64,000 bases of DNA. Source: Candidatus Latescibacterota bacterium (GTDB lineage Bacteria; Latescibacterota; UBA2968; UBA8231). A program made the translations under genes and the position numbers. The notes under the pieces were generated by a model. That model was not told the DNA's origin. It did no database searches and was given only the letters and a program-made list of their open reading frames with translations. Shown here one piece after another: positions 29,565 to 37,811 of this stretch (position 1 is the first letter of the stretch; each line of letters opens with the position of its first letter). The stretch spans positions 2,816,001 through 2,880,000 of the forward strand of contig CBDCDC010000002.1 of the NCBI GenBank assembly GCA_965215195.1, read 5' to 3'.

Positions 29565-29573
29565 GCAGATTCC

Positions 29574-30455
29574 ATGAAGGGCATCATTCTCGCCGGCGGC
29601 CGCGGTACGCGCCTTTACCCCCTGACCGCGGCCGCCTCCAAGACGATCTTGCCGATCTTCGACAAGCCGATGATTTACTACCCGCTCTCAGTGCTGATGC
29701 TGGCCGATATCCGCGAGATCCTCATCATCTCCAGCCCGGAGCACATCGGCCTCTACCGCCAGCTCTTCGGCGATGGCAAGCGGCTGGGGCTGAGCATTGA
29801 ATACGCGATCCAAGACCGGCCCGAGGGCGTGGCCCACGCCTTTGTCGTGGGGGCTGATTTCGCCGGCCGCGACCCCTGTGCCTTGATATTCGGCGACAAC
29901 TTCCTCTACGGACACGGCCTGACTGCGATTCTACAGCGCACCAGTCAACTGCGGGAGGGAGGATTGGTCTTTGCTTACTACGTAAAGGATCCCGAGCGCT
30001 ACGGGGTCGTGGAATTCGACGCCGCAGGCAACGCCATCAGCATTGAAGAGAAGCCGCAAAACCCCAAGTCCAACTACGCGGTCATCGGCCTTTACTTTTA
30101 CGATGGCGAGGTCAGCGACATCGTCCGCGGCCTCAAGCCCTCGGCCCGCGGCGAGCTGGAGATTACCGATGTCAACAACGAGTATCTGCGCCGCCAGCAG
30201 CTCAGGGTTGAGGTGTTGGGGCGGGGCTTTGCTTGGCTCGACACTGGCACGCACGAGAGCCTCTTAGAGGCCAGCAACTTCGTCCAAACCATTGAGCACC
30301 GGCAGGGGCTCAAAGTGGGCTGCGTCGAGGAAATAGCGTACCGCAAGGGCTACATTGGCGCGGAACAGCTCCTCCGCATCGCCAATTACTCCCCAGACAA
30401 TGCGTATTGCCTCTATTTGAAGCACCTCGTCGAACAGCCCGGGCCGACGTTCTAA
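29574..30455 (+). CDS. rfbA: Glucose-1-phosphate thymidylyltransferase
   Basis: GIILAGG.GTRLYP, KPMIYYPLS, GDN, EEKP, RGELEITD, WLDTGT. Confidence 0.95.
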   Translation: MKGIILAGGRGTRLYPLTAAASKTILPIFDKPMIYYPLSVLMLADIREILIISSPEHIGLYRQLFGDGKRLGLSIEYAIQDRPEGVAHAFVVGADFAGRDPCALIFGDNFLYGHGLTAILQRTSQLREGGLVFAYYVKDPERYGVVEFDAAGNAISIEEKPQNPKSNYAVIGLYFYDGEVSDIVRGLKPSARGELEITDVNNEYLRRQQLRVEVLGRGFAWLDTGTHESLLEASNFVQTIEHRQGLKVGCVEEIAYRKGYIGAEQLLRIANYSPDNAYCLYLKHLVEQPGPTF

Positions 30456-30663
30456 TTAAAGCTCTCTTGCCGTCTATGGAACGGCTGGGTCAGCTTAGTC
30501 AAGAGGCTTTCGGAGAGCAGCGGTTTATTGGTTATTCAGATATATGCTTATATTAAATCCAATGGTGTCCGCACTGGCTGTCCTCGATCAAAGACGGCCT
30601 GAGTGGGCCGCTTAGTACCCTAGCTATTTATGTTCTCAAATAAGTGAACTGAACTCGCTGGCC

Positions 30664-31512
30664 ATGAGACCTCTCGACGAATACATAAGACACCAGCTCA
30701 ATGATCATGCCGCTAAGATCGGCGACGTTCTCGATGCCGATGTGATGGCAGTCGCCAGTCCAATTCTCCCAGGCCTAGAAGTACGGGTTCGCCATGCAGT
30801 AGAACTGATTTCTCAACGTAGAGCTACTTTGGCAATTGTCCTTGAAACTAATGGCGGTATAGTTGAGGTCGTCGAGCGGATGGTTGACACTATTCGAAAC
30901 TATTACGACGAAGTTGTCTTCATAGTTCCGAATAGAGCAATGTCTGCGGGGACGCTCTTTGTCATGTCGGGAGACCGAATCCTTATGGACTTTTTCTCTT
31001 GCCTTGGGCCTATTGATCCACAAATCGAAGAAGATGGTAAGCTCGTACCGGCACTGGCATATTTGAATCAGTTCGAGCGACTGAATGAAAAGGCTCAGCA
31101 AGGAAACTTGACATCAGCAGAATACGCACTTCTCAGCAAGTTGGACCTCGGCGAGTTATACCAATTCGAGCAAGCAAGGGCACTTTCAATAGAGCTACTC
31201 GTAAAGTGGCTGTCGAGATACAAGTTCAAAAACTGGCTTCAAACAGAGACGAAAAAGGAACCTGTCACTCCTGAGATGAGAGAGACGAGAGCCAGAGAAA
31301 TTGCGGAGATCTTGAGCAAAAATGAACACTGGCATTCACATGGGAGAGGGATAAATATGAAAATTCTGACCGGTGAGCTAAATCTCAAAATTGAGGATTA
31401 TTCAGTGGAGCCAGAGCTAGGCCCCTTGATTAGGGAGTATCACGAATTGCTTCAAGACTACATGAACCGCGAACAAATCATCTCCTTCGTGCATACAGAG
31501 AAGTACTTCTAG
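30664..31512 (+). CDS. ClpP/SDH_sah-fold serine proteinase
   Basis: LETNGG, VPNRAMSAGTL (catalytic Ser), LGPIDPQ, HSHGRGI; more AT-rich than its flanks. Confidence 0.85.
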   Translation: MRPLDEYIRHQLNDHAAKIGDVLDADVMAVASPILPGLEVRVRHAVELISQRRATLAIVLETNGGIVEVVERMVDTIRNYYDEVVFIVPNRAMSAGTLFVMSGDRILMDFFSCLGPIDPQIEEDGKLVPALAYLNQFERLNEKAQQGNLTSAEYALLSKLDLGELYQFEQARALSIELLVKWLSRYKFKNWLQTETKKEPVTPEMRETRAREIAEILSKNEHWHSHGRGINMKILTGELNLKIEDYSVEPELGPLIREYHELLQDYMNREQIISFVHTEKYF

Positions 31513-31617
31513 ACTCGGATTTTGCCATTTCCGGCCCTTATCGGGCACTTCCCCTACACTGGGAGGAAATGACCAAAATTGAGTTGCCCTAACCCTAAGC
31601 TATAAGGATAAAATGGC

Positions 31618-31809
31618 ATGGCGAAACGAATCGGCAAACCTATGAAAAAAGCCGAGCTCCTTAAAACCAATCCGAAAATTGATCCAGTCCTAGTGGAGCG
31701 ATACGAGACGCTGGATTCCGAATTGCGTCGGCTGGGAATAGATACCAAGCCCAAGTTCAATATCGAGCCGCCGCTAGGCGGGGATCGCCTGCGCCTCTTC
31801 AACGAATAG
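31618..31809 (+). CDS. Small hypothetical protein (63 aa)
   Basis: AAGGA RBS; NPKIDP...ELRRLGIDTKPKFNIEPPLG; lies in the same AT-richer insert as the protease. Confidence 0.55.
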   Translation: MAKRIGKPMKKAELLKTNPKIDPVLVERYETLDSELRRLGIDTKPKFNIEPPLGGDRLRLFNE

Positions 31810-31822
31810 GCCGCCTTACTAC

Positions 31823-32089
31823 ATGCCGATCCTTGCACTCCGTTTCAGCTACCACAACATCGCCGCCGGCCAAGGATTCGATCTGGCCTTCGTGGGCATG
31901 AGCATCGTCTTTACTGCCCTAGTATTGGTCAGCGTCTTTATCGCCATCTTGCCGAGGATCCTCGCCGCGATCCACCCCTATATTCCGCCGGCCCAACTGC
32001 ACACGCAGAGTCAGAGCAAAGAAAACGACGCACCCGCCATCGCCGCGGCCATAGGCTTCGCCCTGCACGCCCGCCGCCAAAAAGACTAA
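31823..32089 (+). CDS. oadG: Na+-translocating decarboxylase gamma subunit
   Basis: GMSIVF..L transmembrane segment and AAAIGFALH end; adjacent to the beta and alpha genes. Confidence 0.8.
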   Translation: MPILALRFSYHNIAAGQGFDLAFVGMSIVFTALVLVSVFIAILPRILAAIHPYIPPAQLHTQSQSKENDAPAIAAAIGFALHARRQKD

Positions 32090-32095
32090 TCGGCC

Positions 32096-33223
32096 ATGGA
32101 AATTCTCCGCGAATTCCTCACTACCACGGCCGTGGCCAACATGTCGGGCGGCAACCTGCTGATGATCATTATCGGCGCGATCTTCATCTCTCTGGCCATC
32201 CGCAAAGACTACGAGCCGCTGCTGCTGTTGCCGATTGGCTTCGGCTGCATCGTGGGTAATCTCCCGTCTATCTCCAGCATGGCCATCGGCGTGTACGACC
32301 AAGGCAGCGTACTCTACTACATCTACTTTGGCGTCAGCCAAGGCATCTTCCCGCCGCTTATTTTTCTCGGCATTGGCGCGATGACCGACTTCTCGACCAT
32401 GCTCTCTAGCCCCCGACTGGTGCTGCTGGGGGCAGCGGCGCAGACGGGCATTTTCCTCACCTTGATCGGCGCGCTCTATTTGGGTTTTACGCCGGCCGAG
32501 TCCGGGGCCATCGGCATTATCGGCGGGGCCGATGGGCCGACGGCGATCTTCCTCGCGGCCAAGCTGGCTCCCCACCTGCTCGGGGCCATTGCCATTGCCG
32601 CGTACTCCTACATGGCCCTCGTCCCGGTCATCCAGCCGCCGGTGATGAGGCTGTTGACCACGCGCAAGGAGCGGCTGATTCGCATGAAGCCCCCGCGCGA
32701 GGTCTCCCAGCGCGAAAAGATCATCTTTCCCATCGCCGCCTTCCTCATCTGCGCGCTCCTCGCCCCGGGCGCGATCGGGCTGCTCGGCATGCTGTTCTTC
32801 GGCAATCTGCTCAAGGAAAGCGGCGTCACCGAGCGCTTGGCCCAGACCGCCCGCACTTCGATGGTCGATATCGTCACCATTCTCCTCGGGTTTTCGGTCG
32901 GCTGCTCGACCCAAGCCCAGACCTTTCTCACGCCGCAGTCAGTACTCATCTTCAGCCTCGGGGCCCTGTCCTTTGCCGTCGCCACGGCCAGCGGCGTGCT
33001 CTTTGCCAAGTTTTTGAACCTCTTCACCAAAGACAAAATCAACCCCCTCGTCGGCGCGGCCGGGGTCTCGGCTGTGCCCGACTCGGCCCGCGTAGTGCAG
33101 ATGATGGGCCAGCGCGAAGACCCCAATAACTACCTCCTGATGCACGCGATGGCCCCCAATGTCGCCGGGGTCATCGGCTCGGCCGTAGGTGCTGGGGTCT
33201 TGTGGTCCGTGCTGGTGGGATAG
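32096..33223 (+). CDS. oadB: Na+-translocating decarboxylase beta subunit
   Basis: YEPLLLLPIGFG, GIGAMTDF, IIGGADGPT, AAYSYMALVP, GAAGVSAVP, HAMAPNVAGVIGS. Confidence 0.95.
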   Translation: MEILREFLTTTAVANMSGGNLLMIIIGAIFISLAIRKDYEPLLLLPIGFGCIVGNLPSISSMAIGVYDQGSVLYYIYFGVSQGIFPPLIFLGIGAMTDFSTMLSSPRLVLLGAAAQTGIFLTLIGALYLGFTPAESGAIGIIGGADGPTAIFLAAKLAPHLLGAIAIAAYSYMALVPVIQPPVMRLLTTRKERLIRMKPPREVSQREKIIFPIAAFLICALLAPGAIGLLGMLFFGNLLKESGVTERLAQTARTSMVDIVTILLGFSVGCSTQAQTFLTPQSVLIFSLGALSFAVATASGVLFAKFLNLFTKDKINPLVGAAGVSAVPDSARVVQMMGQREDPNNYLLMHAMAPNVAGVIGSAVGAGVLWSVLVG

Positions 33224-33240
33224 ACAACGAGGATGCGACC

Positions 33241-35040
33241 GTGAACAAGAAGAAAATTCGCTTCATGTGTACCGCCTTCCGCGACGGCTTCCAGTCGGTC
33301 TATGGAGCGCGCGTTTTCACGTCCGATTTTCTGCCCGCTGTCGCCGCGGCCAAGGAAGCCGGCATCGACTATTTTGAGGCCGGCGGCGGGGCCTGTTTCC
33401 AGTCGTTTTACTTTTACTGCGGCGAAGATGCCTTTGCCGCGATGGACGCCTTTCGCGCAACGGCTGGCCCGGACGCCGACCTCCAGACCTTGGCGCGGGG
33501 GGTCAACGTGGTCGGCCTCGAATCGCAGCCGAGCGACATCATCAAGCTCCACGCCGATCTCTTCAAAAAGCACGGCATCACGACCATCCGCAATTTTGAC
33601 GCGCTCAACGACGTCGACAACCTCATCTACTCGGGGCAGTGCATTGTGGATGCCGGGCTCAAACACCAAGTCTGCATCACCCTGATGGAGCTGCCCCCGG
33701 GCTGCTCGGGTGCCCACGACGCGGCCTTCTACACCAATACCTTGCGCCAGATACTAGACGCTGGCATCCCGTACGACGCGGTCTGTTTCAAGGATGCCTC
33801 GGGCACGGCCGTGCCCGCCAAAGTCTATGAGACGATCTCCAAGGCGCGTCTCATGCTGCCCGAGGACACCTTCATCCACTTCCACACGCACGAAACAGCC
33901 GGCATTGGCGTCAGTGCCAACATGGCCGCCCTCGACGCTGGTGCCGACGCCATTGACCTGTCTATGGCCCCCTGCTCCGGCGGCACCTGTCAGCCCGACA
34001 TCATCGTCATGTGGCACGCGCTGCGCGGCTCCGACTACGACCTCGACATAGATATCGACAAGATCCGCGACGCCGAGGAAGTCTTCAAGGAGTGCATGGC
34101 CTCCTACTTCCTGCCGCCCGAGGCCGTGGCCGTGGAGCCGATGATTCCCTGGAGTCCCATGCCCGGCGGCGCACTAACGGCCAACACCCAGATGCTGCGC
34201 GACAACGGCGTCATGGACAAGTACCCGGATATGATCAAGGCCATGCGCGAGGTCGTCGAAAAGGGCGGGTTCGGCACCTCGGTGACGCCAGTCTCGCAAT
34301 TTTACTTTCAGCAGGCTTTCAACAACGTCATGTTCGGCCCTTGGGAGCGGATCGCCGCGCCCTACGGCCAGATGGTCTTGGGCTACTTCGGCAAGACGCC
34401 AGTCGCGCCCGACCCCTCGGTCGTGGAGATCGCCGCCCAGCAGCTCGATCTAGAGCCAACGACCGAAAAGCCGCTCGAACGCAACGACGCCGACCCGACA
34501 AAGGGCGTCGAACCGGCCCGCAAACAACTGCGCGAAGCCGGCCTCGCCGAGACGGACGAAAACATTTTCATCGTCGCTACCTGCAAAGACAAGGGTCTGG
34601 CCTTCCTCAAGGGAGAAGGCGAGATCGGCGTGCGCAAGGTAGAAAAAGGGCAAGAGAAGGAAGCACCGGCCGACGGGCCGGCGCACTATGCGCTCACCGT
34701 CGATGGCCGCCGCTATGCCGTAGCCATTGACGGCGACACGGCCACGGTTGATGGCCGCCGCTTCCAAGTCAGCTTGGCTCCAGCAACCGCTGGGGCGGCT
34801 CCCCCGCCAGCACCCAAGGCCGAAGGGGGTACGCCGGTGCAAGCCCAGATGCCCGGGAAAGTAATCCGCCACCTTGCCCAAGTCGGCGATCGCGTAGAAG
34901 CGGGCGACGGAATCATAGTGCTCGAAGCCATGAAGATGGAAATGCCGGTAACAGCCCCCGTCGGGGGCATGGTCGCCGATATTTTGGTGAATGCCGGGGA
35001 TCAGGTGGCCGACGGACAGGTGCTGGCGCACATACGCTGA
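33241..35040 (+). CDS. oadA: Oxaloacetate decarboxylase alpha subunit (carboxyltransferase + biotin carrier)
   Basis: RDGFQS, FDALND, FKD, HTH, PGG, VTPVSQ, biotinylation site EAMKME. Confidence 0.9.
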   Translation: MNKKKIRFMCTAFRDGFQSVYGARVFTSDFLPAVAAAKEAGIDYFEAGGGACFQSFYFYCGEDAFAAMDAFRATAGPDADLQTLARGVNVVGLESQPSDIIKLHADLFKKHGITTIRNFDALNDVDNLIYSGQCIVDAGLKHQVCITLMELPPGCSGAHDAAFYTNTLRQILDAGIPYDAVCFKDASGTAVPAKVYETISKARLMLPEDTFIHFHTHETAGIGVSANMAALDAGADAIDLSMAPCSGGTCQPDIIVMWHALRGSDYDLDIDIDKIRDAEEVFKECMASYFLPPEAVAVEPMIPWSPMPGGALTANTQMLRDNGVMDKYPDMIKAMREVVEKGGFGTSVTPVSQFYFQQAFNNVMFGPWERIAAPYGQMVLGYFGKTPVAPDPSVVEIAAQQLDLEPTTEKPLERNDADPTKGVEPARKQLREAGLAETDENIFIVATCKDKGLAFLKGEGEIGVRKVEKGQEKEAPADGPAHYALTVDGRRYAVAIDGDTATVDGRRFQVSLAPATAGAAPPPAPKAEGGTPVQAQMPGKVIRHLAQVGDRVEAGDGIIVLEAMKMEMPVTAPVGGMVADILVNAGDQVADGQVLAHIR

Positions 35041-35083
35041 CGATTACTCCACAGCGGACCAAACCGTCCCTACGGCATGGCTT

Positions 35084-35218
35084 GTGAAACAAACTGCTTA
35101 CATTGAAACGTCGATCTTCAGCTTCTACTATGCGCGTCGCACTGAGCCAGCAGCTATTGCGATGCGCGATTTGAATCATTTCAAAAACTGCGTGATTCTG
35201 CTCATGCAGAAAATTTGA
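35084..35218 (+). pseudogene. Truncated PIN-domain toxin fragment
   Basis: MKQTAYIETSIFSFYY..RTEP..IAMRD matches the YIET(S/T)I PIN N-terminus; the ORF ends after 44 aa. Confidence 0.55.
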
Positions 35219-35257
35219 TATCTTCGTCAGAATAAGGCTTCCAAATGCGAACGCTTC

Positions 35258-35965
35258 TCATGTTCCCACATCCCCGCTCCACACCTCGCGTTGCGTACCA
35301 TCGTCTTCGCGCAGCAGCAGTTGCCCGGCCGTGCCAAATCCCAGCACCACGCCCGCGTACTCGCCGACTGCGACGTACTGGCCCAAGTTGGCGCAGTGAG
35401 ACTCCCACGCCGCACTCAGCGCGGCAAAGCCGCCTTTTTCCCAGCACCCGATCCACACCTGCAAATGCGCCAGCAGCTCGTCCAATGCCCGCTCGACATC
35501 GCGCTCGCTTCCCGTCTCAATCCGCAGCGAGGTAGCGGGCTGGCCGATGGACGCGGCCTCGTCGGCATCCATGTTGACGTTGAGGCCGATTCCAAGGACG
35601 ACCCCTTTGCAGCGCTCGGCCAAAATGCCGCAGATCTTGCGGCCACCCACTAGCACGTCGTTGGGCCACTTGGTCTGCGCCGCCAAGCCCTTGTCCTCCA
35701 AATAGGCCACCACACCCAAGGCAGCGGCCTGCGGCAGCGACAGGAGCTGCAACGGCGACGCATCGCTCCGCAACAGCACAGAAAAGGTCAGGTTGCGGCC
35801 GGGCCGGGCGAGCCACCGCCGCTCATAGCGGCCCCGGCCAGCGGTCTGGGAACGAGCGGCGAGCACGAAGCCATCGGGCAGGTCTCGGCTCGTGCGCAGC
35901 CACTCGACCAAGGTCGTATTGGTCGAAGACAGTTCGTCGTGCCATTGGGGTTTTTGGAATTGCAT
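35258..35965 (-). CDS. birA: Biotin-protein ligase (no HTH)
   Basis: SSTN, QTAGRGR, KWPND, KICGIL, GIGLNVN. Confidence 0.93.
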   Translation of the reverse strand: MQFQKPQWHDELSSTNTTLVEWLRTSRDLPDGFVLAARSQTAGRGRYERRWLARPGRNLTFSVLLRSDASPLQLLSLPQAAALGVVAYLEDKGLAAQTKWPNDVLVGGRKICGILAERCKGVVLGIGLNVNMDADEAASIGQPATSLRIETGSERDVERALDELLAHLQVWIGCWEKGGFAALSAAWESHCANLGQYVAVGEYAGVVLGFGTAGQLLLREDDGTQREVWSGDVGT

Positions 35966-36070
35966 CGCACCTAATGTAATGGACGCAGGTCGTGCGCCAG
36001 AAAGGCTCGCATTGACAATGAGCCGCGTCTTGGTGTCTTTTTGGACAAGTTTTTCTTAGGAGATGATCTC

Positions 36071-37450
36071 ATGCCTATTTCTAGACGCCAATTCCTCAAA
36101 AGCGCGGCCGCCGTTTCCACCGGCTTTGCCGGTCTCCATCGCCATATCGCTTGCAGCGGTCCAGTGCTCGAAAATAGCTTTGGGCCGCTCGTGCCCGACC
36201 CCGAAGGCATTCTCGACCTGCCCAAGGGCTTTAGCTATCGAGTTCTCTCGCGCGTTGGCGAACTCATGGACGATGGCCTGCGGTTGCCGGGCGCAGCCGA
36301 CGGGATGGCCGCTTTTCCCGGGCCAGAGGGCCGCATCGTTTTGGTGCGCAACCACGAGCTGAGCCCCGGGTCGAAGGAAGCCGGTGCCTTTGGCGACGGC
36401 AACGAAAACCTGGGCAAACTGCCCAAAGAAGACCTATACGACTGGGGCCGAGGCAAGATGCCGGGCTTGGGCGGCACCACGACCGTCGTGTACAACGCGC
36501 AAACCGGCGCAGTGGAGAGGGAGTTTCTCAGCTTGGCCGGCACTGCGGTCAACTGCGCCGGAGGACCAACCCCGTGGCATAGCTGGGTTAGCTGCGAAGA
36601 GACGACCCAGCGGATTGACGGGCCGATCGAAAAGGACCATGGCTACAACTTCGAGGTCCCCGCTACCGCAGAAATCCGCCGCGCCGCGCCAGTGCCGCTC
36701 AAGGCCATGGGGCGCTTCAAACACGAGGCCATCGCCGTGGATCCCCGCTCGGGAATCGTCTATCAGACCGAAGATACCAGCGACAGCTTGATCTACCGCT
36801 ACATCCCCGATGCACCGGGCAAACTAATAGCCGGGCGGCTGCAAGCCTTAGCCGTAATCGACCATCCCAGCTTGGATACCCGCAACTGGGAAAAAGTGCT
36901 GGTGCGCCCAAGGGAGCCGCTCGCCGTGCGCTGGGCCGACATAGAAAACGTCGAATCGCCAGACAACGACTTGCGCTTTCAGGGCTTTGACGGCAAGGGC
37001 TGCGCCCGCTTTGCCCGCGGCGAGGGCATGTGGTACGGCCGCGAAGCGGTTTACTTTGCTTGCACCAGCGGCGGCATAAAAAAGAAAGGCCAAATTTTCC
37101 GCTACCAGCCCAGCCCGCACGAGGGCACGGCCGATGAGAGCAAGGCACCGGGGACGCTCGAATTGTTCGTCGAGCCGAACGACGGCGACCTAGTCGACAA
37201 CGCCGATAACCTTACGGTCTCCCCCTTCGGCGACTTGATCGTCTGCGAAGACGGTAGCGGGGAAAACAATCTAGTCGGCGTAACGCCCGCAGGTCAGATC
37301 TACCGCTTCGCTCACAACCGCATGAACAATTCCGAATTCGCCGGCGCGACCTTCTCGCCCGATGGCCAAGTGCTCTTCGTCAATATCCAGCATCCCGGCA
37401 CTACGCTGGCTATCTACGGCCCTTGGGATCAGCGGCGGTCTGACGGTTAG
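36071..37450 (+). CDS. phoX: PhoX-family alkaline phosphatase (DUF839), Tat substrate
   Basis: SRRQFLK Tat signal; DGMA, RNHE, NCAGG.TPW..W.SCEE, MGRF.HE, EGMW, DNL, CED, EFAG, NIQ.PG. Confidence 0.88.
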   Translation: MPISRRQFLKSAAAVSTGFAGLHRHIACSGPVLENSFGPLVPDPEGILDLPKGFSYRVLSRVGELMDDGLRLPGAADGMAAFPGPEGRIVLVRNHELSPGSKEAGAFGDGNENLGKLPKEDLYDWGRGKMPGLGGTTTVVYNAQTGAVEREFLSLAGTAVNCAGGPTPWHSWVSCEETTQRIDGPIEKDHGYNFEVPATAEIRRAAPVPLKAMGRFKHEAIAVDPRSGIVYQTEDTSDSLIYRYIPDAPGKLIAGRLQALAVIDHPSLDTRNWEKVLVRPREPLAVRWADIENVESPDNDLRFQGFDGKGCARFARGEGMWYGREAVYFACTSGGIKKKGQIFRYQPSPHEGTADESKAPGTLELFVEPNDGDLVDNADNLTVSPFGDLIVCEDGSGENNLVGVTPAGQIYRFAHNRMNNSEFAGATFSPDGQVLFVNIQHPGTTLAIYGPWDQRRSDG

Positions 37451-37463
37451 CTCTCCAAGCCCA

Positions 37464-37583
37464 TAAGAAGCTGTCTGTTTCACCGCGGCCCTCGGAGGGA
37501 GCGGTTTTCGAGGGCGAGACGCCCTCGATCCTTGGGTGTTCTGCACACAGGGGACAGTACCCGGAATTTTCAACAGCTTCTTA
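37464..37583. mobile_element. Putative MITE, family B
   Basis: 11-bp inverted ends TAAGAAGCTGT / ACAGCTTCTTA enclose a CGAGGGCGAGACGCCCTCG hairpin; CTCTCCAAG is repeated at 37451-37459 and 37589-37597. Confidence 0.55.
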
Positions 37584-37811
37584 GAATTCTCTCCAAGGCT
37601 GGCCGCGCCCGAGTCCGGCAGGCGATACAGTGCTGTGTAGTATTCTGCACATGCCTTCCTGCGGTACGCGCTTGTTTTCTCTGAAAATTGGGCTGGCAAA
37701 GCACTGGTACGCTAATTGCAAGAACCTTGGGCCGATGGCCTACTTATATTTTTTGCTCCGCGAGGTGCTACCACGCCGATCCAACGCTCTAATGCGAAGG
37801 GAGCTATATAG

